UHGV virus genome: UHGV-1578124
From: a virus
Length of the DNA: 16,995 bases
Strand: one strand, 5' to 3'
The notes under the pieces are model-generated. The model was not told where the DNA came from. It saw only the letters and a list, made by a program, of their open reading frames with translations, and ran no database searches. This document shows, one piece after another, positions 8,491-14,260 of the stretch. Within the stretch, counting starts at the first letter, position 1. Every line of letters starts with the position of its first letter. Made by a program: the position numbers and the translations under genes.

Positions 8491-9081
8491 TTAAGCCATC
8501 GTCTTAAGCATATTTTTAAGTTTTTTGAGATTCATTGTCTCGTCCAACTTAAATCCAAACCCATTGACGTAATCAATGAAATCAGATTTCTTACTCAGAG
8601 ATAAAGCATACGACATATCAAAGTCATTACTTGGGGTTGATTCTGGTGAAGTGTTCACATCAAAAGAAATCTCTGTAGCAATGCTTTCACGCTCTCTCAT
8701 ATTATCAATAAGATTACATGTGTAGTTTGCTGGATAGAATGATGTTGAGCCAGATACATAACTATACTTTGAGTTATGGATGAGGTTAGAGAACACTTTG
8801 AAGAATGTCTCTGAATCGTGACATACAAGCTTAAATTCACTATTAGCACCAAGAGCCATTAATGAATATGGGCTTTCACCATCAATTGTGTAGTCTGGAT
8901 TTCTGGATTGTACAGTCACGCGCATAAGGTTGTTTGCAATAGTCTTCTGCTTAAATGAGCTTGGAACATAGTGCATACCTCTTTCACACTGATTGACCAA
9001 TTCTTTTAGAAGGTCATCAGAATACGGTGAAGTAATTGATACAGAACCATCACCGTTGTAATTAAAACTCACGTTTAACAT
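8491..9081 (-). CDS. hypothetical protein (196 aa)
   Basis: Long ORF with ATG start, overlapping the upstream gene by 7 nt. Confidence 0.6.
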   Translation of the reverse strand: MLNVSFNYNGDGSVSITSPYSDDLLKELVNQCERGMHYVPSSFKQKTIANNLMRVTVQSRNPDYTIDGESPYSLMALGANSEFKLVCHDSETFFKVFSNLIHNSKYSYVSGSTSFYPANYTCNLIDNMRERESIATEISFDVNTSPESTPSNDFDMSYALSLSKKSDFIDYVNGFGFKLDETMNLKKLKNMLKTMA

Positions 9082-9308
9082 TTACCTGTTCTCCTGCGGT
9101 TAATAATCTTGCTGCAATAGAGAAATGAAGCAAATTCACTGGAAGAAACCATTAACACTTGTTCACTAGATTGAGCGATAGCTCTGAAATACATACCAGT
9201 TAAAGCATCATAGTGCTTATTCTTACCAATCGAAGCTATATACCCATGACTCTTTGCAGTTTGGTACAAATCAATAATATCTGTGATTTCTAATTGGGAG
9301 CTACACAT
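9075..9308 (-). CDS. hypothetical protein (77 aa), first gene of the minus-strand block
   Basis: ATG with AGAGGA 5 nt upstream; lies next to the divergent intergenic region. Confidence 0.55.
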   Translation of the reverse strand: MCSSQLEITDIIDLYQTAKSHGYIASIGKNKHYDALTGMYFRAIAQSSEQVLMVSSSEFASFLYCSKIINRRRTGKC

Positions 9309-9550
9309 AAGTAATCCTCTTGTCGTCTATAATTTTGAAAATATAGGTACAAACCAATTTCAGAGGATGTATAGTGGATTGCTTCCACACGTTTTGATTC
9401 CTTACAGTGATTGGTATTATTACCCTTTTTCTTCTTTGTTAGTTTTCTCATTTAGTCTCCTTTGTAGATAAAGCAGACCTACAGCTTTAAGTAAGATGGT
9501 ACAGTAATCCATACAACAAGTCAAGAACTATTGCAACCTAAAAATTTTAC

Positions 9551-9653
9551 TTGACAAGGGGATTGACAAGATGTAGTGTAATAAAACACTTAGAAGATAA
9601 CTTAAAAGACTCTTCTAAAAAGGCTATTTAAACAGATATCTTTCTGGATATCT
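9551..9653. promoter_or_regulatory. divergent control region with tandem TTGACA hexamers and a GATATC-containing inverted repeat
   Basis: TTGACA at 9551-9556 and 9563-9568; inverted repeat AGATATC (9634-9640) / GATATCT (9647-9653); sits between the minus-strand block and the plus-strand gene at 9703. Confidence 0.4.
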
Positions 9654-9702
9654 ATCTCTTATCTTAAAAGCCTTTTAAGAAGTCTTCATAGTAGGAGGTT
9701 GA

Positions 9703-10074
9703 ATGACCAAAAGAACAAACAAAGGCCAGTTTAAAAAAGGTCAATCTGGTAACCCTTCTGGGAGACCAAAAGGTTCACGTAACAAGAGTTCTCTTGTAAA
9801 AGCTCAACTAACCATTGACAACTCAGCAGAGTTTGCTGCAAAGTTATTTGAAGCAATTGTTACAAGGGATGCTACAAAGCTGGCAGAGTTTGGACTCAAG
9901 CCTGATGAAGTCAATTTGAAGTCGATGATGGAAGCTGGTAAAACTATCATGACTCACTCAGCAGGTGAGATGAAAGCAATTGCAGCAGATGTTAAAGGTG
10001 GTGGTGAAAAGGGTGGAGAGAAACCACAAGACAACAAACCAACGTTCTCTGCTGTAGCAACTCTGAAGAAATAA
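9703..10074 (+). CDS. phage protein with N-terminal GQSGNPSGRPKG motif
   Basis: GGAGG 6 nt upstream of ATG; the basic glycine-rich motif is one I associate with a conserved phage protein family (recalled as DUF5681), not verified. Confidence 0.7.
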   Translation: MTKRTNKGQFKKGQSGNPSGRPKGSRNKSSLVKAQLTIDNSAEFAAKLFEAIVTRDATKLAEFGLKPDEVNLKSMMEAGKTIMTHSAGEMKAIAADVKGGGEKGGEKPQDNKPTFSAVATLKK

Positions 10075-10085
10075 TTTAAAAAGGT

Positions 10086-10114
10086 GTTGACAGACTTTAT
10101 TGGTTACTTTAGAG
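10086..10114 (+). promoter_or_regulatory. sigma70-like promoter TTGACA-17-TAGAGT
   Basis: -35 TTGACA 10086-10091 and -10 TAGAGT 10109-10114; overlaps inverted repeat GACAGACT/AGTCTGTC (10089-10122). Confidence 0.45.
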
Positions 10115-10152
10115 TCTGTCTCATCAACAACAATGAGAGAAGAGAGAGTATT

Positions 10153-11568
10153 ATGAGCGAATTATTTAACCACGCAAAATTACATGCTGGTTTGACTGAA
10201 AATGGTGCTGTTAACCATCTGACCTCAATGTCTGCCTTGGTAGACTTTTATAAGGCTGCTGGTTCAAGCCGTAACTACCCAGAGACTCTACCAAATCTGT
10301 TTTACAAAGCTCTGCGAGAAGATATCGATGTAGCGGTTCGAATCTTACTTCATATGCGAGATGCACGAGAAGGTATGGGAGAACGTAAAGCATTCAGAAC
10401 TGTCCTCTCAGAATCTATCAGAACCAACATACTTGATGAGTTCCAAGTTCTGCGTATCATGGCTAAGATTTCTGAACTAGGTCGTTATGATGACTTCAAA
10501 ATCTTCGTAGGTACTCGTTACGAGACTGATGCTTTCAAGCACATTGAGCAAGGATTGTTAGACCCAAATACTTCAGCGTTAGCTGCTAAGTGGTTGCCAA
10601 GGGTTAAGAAGCGTCACATGAATTTTGTAAAGCGTTTCTGCAAGTTTGCAAATCTAAGCCAGAAAGAGTATCGTCTGATGTTATCAGCACTGTCAGATAC
10701 CGTAGAGCAAAAGATTTCTGCAAATGAGTTTGGTGAGATTGATTACAGCAAGCTTCCTTCACTGGCTGCTGCACGTTATCAGAAATTGTTCACACGAAAA
10801 GGTGGAGAACGTTATGCAGAGTATGTAAAAGCTCTGACAGAGGGTACTACCAAGATTAACGCTGGTGCTGTTTACCCATATGATATCACCAAAGCTGTGA
10901 AGTACGGTCGTAGTGAAGTGGCTAATGAGCAATGGAAAGCACTGCCAAACTGGATGAAGGATGGTGAAAACATTCTTTGCATGACTGACGTATCAGGCTC
11001 TATGACGTGTGAACGTCACGGTTCTGTAGACGCTCTTGATATTGGTGTATCTTTGGCGTTATACGTCGCAGAACGCAATACAGGGTGTTTTAAAGATGAG
11101 TTAATGGTTTACTCCACAAATCCATTCTTTATCACTCTAAGTGGCTCTCTGAAGAATCGTATGGCTCAGGTCATGTCACATGTAGAGTATGGTTCAACAA
11201 ACCTTCAAGCTGCTTTTGACAGGATTCTTGAAATTGGTAAAAGAAATAACTTGACTCAAGATGCAATGCCACGTAAGCTTATCATCTTCTCTGACATGCA
11301 GTTTAACTCTGTTGATGGTCAGCGTGGTAATACTAACTTCGAAGCAATTCGTCGTAAGTATGAAGAATCAGGTTATGAAATGCCTCAGTTGGTATTCTGG
11401 TATCTGGCAAATCGTGGTGGTAACTGCGAAGTGTCTATTAAGGATAACGGAGTAGCAATGGTTTCAGGGTTCTCTCCAGCTACATTAAAGGCTCTACTTG
11501 GTGGTGAGAAGTTTGACCCAATCAGCGTAATGCTAAAAGCAGTAATGTCTGAACGTTACGATTGGTAA
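10153..11568 (+). CDS. vWA-domain protein with ~270-aa N-terminal helical domain
   Basis: ATG (MSELFNH...) with GAGAGAG upstream; the track ORF starts earlier at 10084. MIDAS-like D-V-S-G-S-M near residue 280, then downstream T and D positions consistent with a vWA fold. Confidence 0.75.
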   Translation: MSELFNHAKLHAGLTENGAVNHLTSMSALVDFYKAAGSSRNYPETLPNLFYKALREDIDVAVRILLHMRDAREGMGERKAFRTVLSESIRTNILDEFQVLRIMAKISELGRYDDFKIFVGTRYETDAFKHIEQGLLDPNTSALAAKWLPRVKKRHMNFVKRFCKFANLSQKEYRLMLSALSDTVEQKISANEFGEIDYSKLPSLAAARYQKLFTRKGGERYAEYVKALTEGTTKINAGAVYPYDITKAVKYGRSEVANEQWKALPNWMKDGENILCMTDVSGSMTCERHGSVDALDIGVSLALYVAERNTGCFKDELMVYSTNPFFITLSGSLKNRMAQVMSHVEYGSTNLQAAFDRILEIGKRNNLTQDAMPRKLIIFSDMQFNSVDGQRGNTNFEAIRRKYEESGYEMPQLVFWYLANRGGNCEVSIKDNGVAMVSGFSPATLKALLGGEKFDPISVMLKAVMSERYDW

Positions 11569-11586
11569 AAAGTTTTAAAAAGGGTA

Positions 11587-11615
11587 TTGACAATGTTGTT
11601 GATACCCTGTAAGAT
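11587..11615 (+). promoter_or_regulatory. sigma70-like promoter TTGACA-17-TAAGAT
   Basis: Hexamers at 11587-11592 and 11610-11615; near-duplicate of the element at 13619. Confidence 0.5.
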
Positions 11616-11677
11616 GTTCTACATCGAAACGGAAAAGAGTTTTTCTAAAAGATTTTCAAAATGTTTTAAAAAACCTC

Positions 11678-11707
11678 TTGACAAACACTAAAAAATAATG
11701 TTATAGT
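11678..11707 (+). promoter_or_regulatory. sigma70-like promoter TTGACA-18-TATAGT, ~27 nt before the first tRNA
   Basis: Hexamers at 11678-11683 and 11702-11707. Confidence 0.55.
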
Positions 11708-11733
11708 GGTTTCATAGAGTTTAAAAAGATTAT

Positions 11734-11813
11734 CTCCGTTTAGCTCAGTTTGGTTTAGCAGCACTTGCTTTGGGAGCAAGGGGTCGAGGGTTCAAATCCT
11801 TCAACGGAGACCA
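11734..11813 (+). tRNA. tRNA-Pro (anticodon TGG)
   Basis: Acceptor CTCCGTT/AACGGAG; anticodon stem CTTGC/GCAAG, loop TTTGGGA; T-arm GAGGG-TTCAAAT-CCTTC; discriminator A; CCA encoded. Confidence 0.85.
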
Positions 11814-11819
11814 AATTAT

Positions 11820-11897
11820 GTTCCAGTAGACAAATTGGTAAAGTCACCACACTTTCAATGTGGAGTTTTGAGGGTTCAAGTCCCTTCTGGAACGCCA
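11820..11897 (+). tRNA. tRNA-Glu (anticodon TTC)
   Basis: Acceptor GTTCCAG/CTGGAAC; anticodon stem CCACA/TGTGG, loop CTTTCAA; T-loop TTCAAGT; discriminator G; CCA encoded. Confidence 0.8.
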
Positions 11898-11901
11898 AAT
11901 T

Positions 11902-11974
11902 TGACAGAAGACCAAATACAGCAAACAACTTTTACTTTTCGCGCATAGAAAACATAAAAAGCTTGGTCTGGTCA
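11902..11974 (+). ncRNA. structured spacer element E1 (bulged two-helix family)
   Basis: Outer helix TGAC (11902-05) / GTCA (11971-74); inner helix AGACCAA (11909-15) / TTGGTCT (11963-69); unpaired AGA opposite G. Confidence 0.55.
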
Positions 11975-11982
11975 TTAAGAAT

Positions 11983-12059
11983 CGCGGGTATAGAGAAAGG
12001 GCGTCTCACATGTCTCATTAGCATGGCAACGGTTGGTTCGACTCCAACACCCGCCTCCA
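11983..12059 (+). tRNA. tRNA with CAT anticodon (Met, Ile2 or initiator)
   Basis: Acceptor CGCGGGT/ACCCGCC with C1-C72 mismatch; D-stem GAGA/TCTC; anticodon stem CATGT/GCATG, loop CTCATTA; T-arm GTTGG-TTCGACT-CCAAC; discriminator U; CCA encoded. Confidence 0.65.
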
Positions 12060-12062
12060 AAT

Positions 12063-12130
12063 TTACAGAAGGCCGTTTACAGCAATTCAAACAATTTTAT
12101 CGGAAAATTAAAATGAATACGGTCTGGTAA
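12063..12130 (+). ncRNA. structured spacer element E2
   Basis: Outer TTAC (12063-66) / GTAA (12127-30); inner AGGCCGT (12070-76) / ACGGTCT (12119-25) with one G-U pair; AGA opposite G. Confidence 0.55.
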
Positions 12131-12140
12131 TGTTAAACAT

Positions 12141-12217
12141 GGTTAGGAAGCACATAAGGCATGTGCGGTCGGCTGTTAACCGAATGGCACAGGGTTCGAA
12201 TCCCTGACTAACCGCCA
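12141..12217 (+). tRNA. tRNA-Asn (anticodon GTT)
   Basis: Acceptor GGTTAGG/ACTAACC; D-stem GCAC/GTGC; anticodon loop CTGTTAA; T-arm CAGGG-TTCGAAT-CCCTG; discriminator G; CCA. Confidence 0.8.
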
Positions 12218-12284
12218 AATTTGGGAGAGAAGCGATTGCTCACCGATTTGTAAGGTGCAAGTCCTTAGCCTGAATAGAATAAAA

Positions 12285-12373
12285 TGCGTCGTTATCCCGT
12301 AGATGGAAGCGGTGGTGACTGTAAATCACTTGTCATTACGACTCGGTAGGTTCGACTCCTTCACGGCGCACCA
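12285..12373 (+). tRNA. tRNA-Tyr (anticodon GTA), type II
   Basis: Acceptor GCGTCGT/ACGGCGC; anticodon stem GGTGA/TCACT, loop CTGTAAA; long variable arm with GTC/GAC stem; T-loop TTCGACT; discriminator A; CCA. Confidence 0.8.
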
Positions 12374-12379
12374 AATAAA

Positions 12380-12456
12380 GGTTATGTAGTTTAACTGGTC
12401 AAAATACTCCCCTGTCACGGGAGATGATGAGGGTTCGAATCCCTTCGTAACCGCCA
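12380..12456 (+). tRNA. tRNA-Asp (anticodon GTC)
   Basis: Acceptor GGTTATG/CGTAACC; anticodon stem CTCCC/GGGAG, loop CTGTCAC; T-arm GAGGG-TTCGAAT-CCCTT; discriminator G; CCA. Confidence 0.85.
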
Positions 12457-12514
12457 AATTTGAGAGGGCTTTTTAGCCCCTCCCTTAAAGAGTTCTTTCG
12501 AGTATTCTTTAAAG

Positions 12515-12594
12515 GAGCAGAAGACCAAATTCAGCAAGCAACAAAAATATTTCAAGCCAATTTAATTTGAAAAATTTAAAACTTGGTCTGGTTC
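12515..12594 (+). ncRNA. structured spacer element E3
   Basis: Outer GAGC (12515-18) / GTTC (12591-94) with one G-U; inner AGACCAA (12522-28) / TTGGTCT (12583-89); AGA opposite G. Confidence 0.5.
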
Positions 12595-12602
12595 CAACAA
12601 TT

Positions 12603-12734
12603 TTACAGAAGACCGTTTACAGCAAACAATAAACAATCTATTTCTCTTATAAAGAAAAGGCGAAGGTTCGAATCCTTCACACGTTACGGCGTGTTGGTGT
12701 AATGGAAGCACTTAAGATAAATACGGTCTGGTAA
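12603..12734 (+). ncRNA. structured spacer element E4 with internal tRNA-like module
   Basis: Outer TTAC (12603-06) / GTAA (12731-34); inner AGACCGT (12610-16) / ACGGTCT (12723-29). Apical region 12662-12711 holds a canonical T-arm, an ACACG/CGTGT hairpin and a D-arm-like GTG-TAATGGAAG-CAC. Confidence 0.55.
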
Positions 12735-12738
12735 TCCT

Positions 12739-12871
12739 CTTTGCAGTGACTTATGGAGCTAATATGTCGTCCCATGAGTGCCGATGAGTTTCTTGAGCAT
12801 GATTCTAGATTAGCTTACTAAGAGACAACTCTACAAACCCTTTAGCAAGGTTTGCGTAGGTTACTGCAAAG
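12739..12871 (+). ncRNA. candidate structured RNA closed by a long-range helix
   Basis: CTTTGCAGTGAC (12739-50) pairs with GTTACTGCAAAG (12860-71). Interior holds two overlapping mini-ORFs (12764-12787 MSSHECR, 12784-12813 MSFLSMILD), the first with GGAG 6 nt upstream. Confidence 0.35.
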
Positions 12872-12881
12872 ATGATTTAAT

Positions 12882-12957
12882 GGAAGTGTAGCAGAATGGT
12901 GATGCGGCAGACTTTTAATCTGACAGGCGACGGGTTCGAATCCCTCCACTTCTACCA
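12882..12957 (+). tRNA. tRNA-Lys (anticodon TTT)
   Basis: Acceptor GGAAGTG/CACTTCT; anticodon stem CAGA/TCTG, loop CTTTTAA; weak T-arm (GACGG...CCCTC); discriminator A; CCA. Confidence 0.7.
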
Positions 12958-12962
12958 AATTC

Positions 12963-13029
12963 GCCCTTAACTGAAGAACACATGCGCGGCTGGAGACACC
13001 CACTCAATCAGTTCTTCTACAAAGGGCAA
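12963..13029 (+). ncRNA. large imperfect hairpin
   Basis: GCCCTT + GAAGAAC (12963-79) pair with GTTCTTC + AAGGGC (13011-29) around a 4x4 internal loop; ~31-nt apical loop; no U-tract follows. Confidence 0.4.
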
Positions 13030-13037
13030 CTTATTAC

Positions 13038-13114
13038 GGTTCAGTCGCAGATAAGGTAATGCAAGGGTTTCATAAGCCCTATGAATGTGGGTTCGATTCC
13101 CACTTGAACCTCCA
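13038..13114 (+). tRNA. tRNA-Met (anticodon CAT; could be Ile2 or initiator)
   Basis: Acceptor GGTTCAG/TTGAACC; anticodon stem AGGGT/GCCCT, loop TTCATAA; T-arm GTGGG-TTCGATT-CCCAC; discriminator U; CCA. Confidence 0.75.
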
Positions 13115-13116
13115 AT

Positions 13117-13191
13117 TGTGGGTTAGCATAAATGGTAATGCAAACGGCTGATAACCGTTAGAAGAGGGTTCGATACCCTCACCTACAACCA
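13117..13191 (+). tRNA. tRNA-Ile (anticodon GAT)
   Basis: Acceptor TGTGGGT/ACCTACA; D-stem GCAT/ATGC; anticodon stem AACGG/CCGTT, loop CTGATAA; T-arm GAGGG-TTCGATA-CCCTC; discriminator A; CCA. Confidence 0.8.
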
Positions 13192-13206
13192 AATTCAATA
13201 AAGTTG

Positions 13207-13235
13207 TTGATATTGAGATGTGACTACTTTATAGT
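13207..13235 (+). promoter_or_regulatory. sigma70-like promoter TTGATA-17-TATAGT
   Basis: Hexamers at 13207-13212 and 13230-13235; would drive the ~200-nt non-tRNA segment before tRNA-Arg(TCT). Confidence 0.5.
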
Positions 13236-13241
13236 AACCTT

Positions 13242-13403
13242 AGTTTTCGTTAGCGTAGCGTCTATTTTGCAAACTTAAAAATAAATGCAAACGATAATGT
13301 TTTTCTGGCAGTAGCTTAATAGGCTAAACACCAGTGAGGTCTTCCAACCCCTCATCAAAGAATTTGGCGTACTAGCCCACGGTATGATTAATAAGGTGGG
13401 CAT
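13242..13403 (+). ncRNA. candidate small RNA / transcribed spacer
   Basis: Lies downstream of the 13207 promoter; hairpins TAGC/GCTA (13312-26), TGAGG/CCTCA (13334-53), GCCCAC/GTGGGC (13375-13401); no tRNA fold and no ORF. Confidence 0.3.
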
Positions 13404-13440
13404 CTTTAAGGGCTTTCTAAGAGAGTCTTTAAAGATTAAT

Positions 13441-13517
13441 GCACCCTTAGTTCAATTGGATAGAGCAACGGTCTTCTAAATCGTTAGTTACAGGTTCGAA
13501 TCCTGTAGGGTGTGCCA
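13441..13517 (+). tRNA. tRNA-Arg (anticodon TCT)
   Basis: Acceptor GCACCCT/AGGGTGT; D-stem GTTC/GAGC; anticodon stem ACGGT/ATCGT, loop CTTCTAA; T-arm ACAGG-TTCGAAT-CCTGT; discriminator G; CCA. Confidence 0.85.
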
Positions 13518-13618
13518 ATTAGTTAGCAGATTACTTAGACGACCTTAGCGGGTCTTCCTGTAGGGAGGTGGTCTGTATCTCATGTTTTCCAGAACATGTA
13601 AATAATCTGAGAAGGGGC

Positions 13619-13647
13619 TTGACAGTGTTGTGATAATACGGTAAGCT
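13619..13647 (+). promoter_or_regulatory. sigma70-like promoter TTGACA-17-TAAGCT
   Basis: Hexamers at 13619-13624 and 13642-13647; the block TTGACAgTGTTGTGATA...TAAG matches the 11587 element. Confidence 0.45.
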
Positions 13648-13659
13648 TCGAATTATAGT

Positions 13660-13742
13660 ATGGGACGATGTTAAGACACTAAGGCATGTGCGTAAGCCTC
13701 CAAAACTTACTCAAAGGGGTTCGATTCCTCCGTCCCATGCCA
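13660..13742 (+). tRNA. tRNA-Trp (anticodon CCA), atypical 80 nt
   Basis: Acceptor ATGGGAC/GTCCCAT (perfect); anticodon loop CTCCAAA; T-loop TTCGATT; discriminator G; CCA. There are about 7 extra nt between the acceptor stem and the D-arm. Confidence 0.6.
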
Positions 13743-13755
13743 AAGTCTCATTAGG

Positions 13756-13843
13756 GGTAGGTAGCGGCTAATGGTAGCCAAACTGTCTTGAAAACAGTTG
13801 CCACTGTAGAGATACGGTGAGGGTTCGACTCCTTTACTTACCG
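13756..13843 (+). tRNA. tRNA-Ser (anticodon TGA), type II
   Basis: Acceptor GGTAGGT/ACTTACC; anticodon stem ACTGT/ACAGT, loop CTTGAAA; variable-arm hairpin CTGTA-GAGA-TACGG; T-loop TTCGACT; discriminator G; 3' tail reads CCT, not CCA. Confidence 0.75.
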
Positions 13844-13923
13844 CCTAATAAGATTTAATTCCCGCGCTCGTCGAACAAGCTCGGTTTTTACTCGTGTATT
13901 GGCGTACACGGCACGACTATAAA

Positions 13924-13938
13924 ACACCTAGTAGGTGT
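13924..13938. promoter_or_regulatory. 15-bp palindrome ACACCTA-g-TAGGTGT (candidate protein-binding site)
   Basis: Perfect 7-bp inverted arms around a central G, in the 250-nt tRNA-free spacer 13847-14093. Confidence 0.4.
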
Positions 13939-14093
13939 CACGGAGAAGAGATAGTATCAAGCTCTCCAAAGGTTCTAGTCACCGGATTGAATAAGACTAT
14001 ATAAAGACTGTTTAGGTCTTTTTAGAGAATTGCTGAGGCATTTGATACCATTGTTGCTTTGGCGTCTTAGCAGTTCTCTACAAAGATTTAATG

Positions 14094-14171
14094 GGAGATT
14101 GACGGTAATTGGTAAACCTACCATCCTTAGAAGTTGGTGTTTGAGGGTTCGAATCCCTTGTCTCCTACCAA
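14094..14171 (+). tRNA. tRNA with anticodon TAG (Leu codon CUA), type I
   Basis: Acceptor GGGAGAT/GTCTCCT (G-U pairs at both ends); anticodon stem CCATC/GTTGG, loop CTTAGAA; T-arm GAGGG-TTCGAAT-CCCTT; discriminator A; CCA; no long variable arm. Confidence 0.6.
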
Positions 14172-14178
14172 ATTAATG

Positions 14179-14254
14179 CAGGTGTAGCAAAATGGTTATG
14201 CGGCTGACTCTTAATCAGTAAGACGATGGGTTCAATTCCCTCCACCTGTACCAA
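14179..14254 (+). tRNA. tRNA-Lys (anticodon CTT)
   Basis: Acceptor GCAGGTG/CACCTGT; anticodon stem GCTGA/TCAGT, loop CTCTTAA; same weak T-arm as Lys(TTT); discriminator A; CCA. Confidence 0.7.
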
Positions 14255-14260
14255 ATATCG

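Noticed and set aside
9551-9590. Tandem TTGACA hexamers as a standard sigma70 promoter
   Set aside because: No acceptable -10 hexamer lies 16-18 bp downstream of either copy (best is TGTAAT/TAATAA at non-canonical spacing); recorded only as a regulatory region.
9283-11455. Short ORFs 9283-9471 (+), 10211-10393 (-), 11261-11455 (+)
   Set aside because: The first lies in the divergent promoter region without an RBS; the other two are inside the vWA gene in other frames.
10153-11568. Confident call of the vWA protein as a Ro60/Rsr ortholog
   Set aside because: Only the domain architecture matches; I see no recognisable TROVE motifs by eye. Downgraded to a testable hypothesis.
11765-12130. Track ORF of 121 aa on the plus strand
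   Set aside because: It runs straight through tRNA-Pro, tRNA-Glu, element E1 and the CAT tRNA; no Shine-Dalgarno; an artefact of stop-poor tRNA sequence.
12221-12284. Possible extra tRNA between tRNA-Asn and tRNA-Tyr
   Set aside because: It has a T-arm-like hairpin AAGG-TGCAAGT-CCTT but no complementary acceptor strands, no clear anticodon arm and no CCA; at most a decayed tRNA remnant or small hairpin RNA.
12655-12715. Conventional tRNA gene inside E4
   Set aside because: The T-arm is perfect, but the following sequence folds on itself instead of pairing with an upstream 5' strand, and there is no CCA. Kept as a permuted tRNA-like module in the findings.
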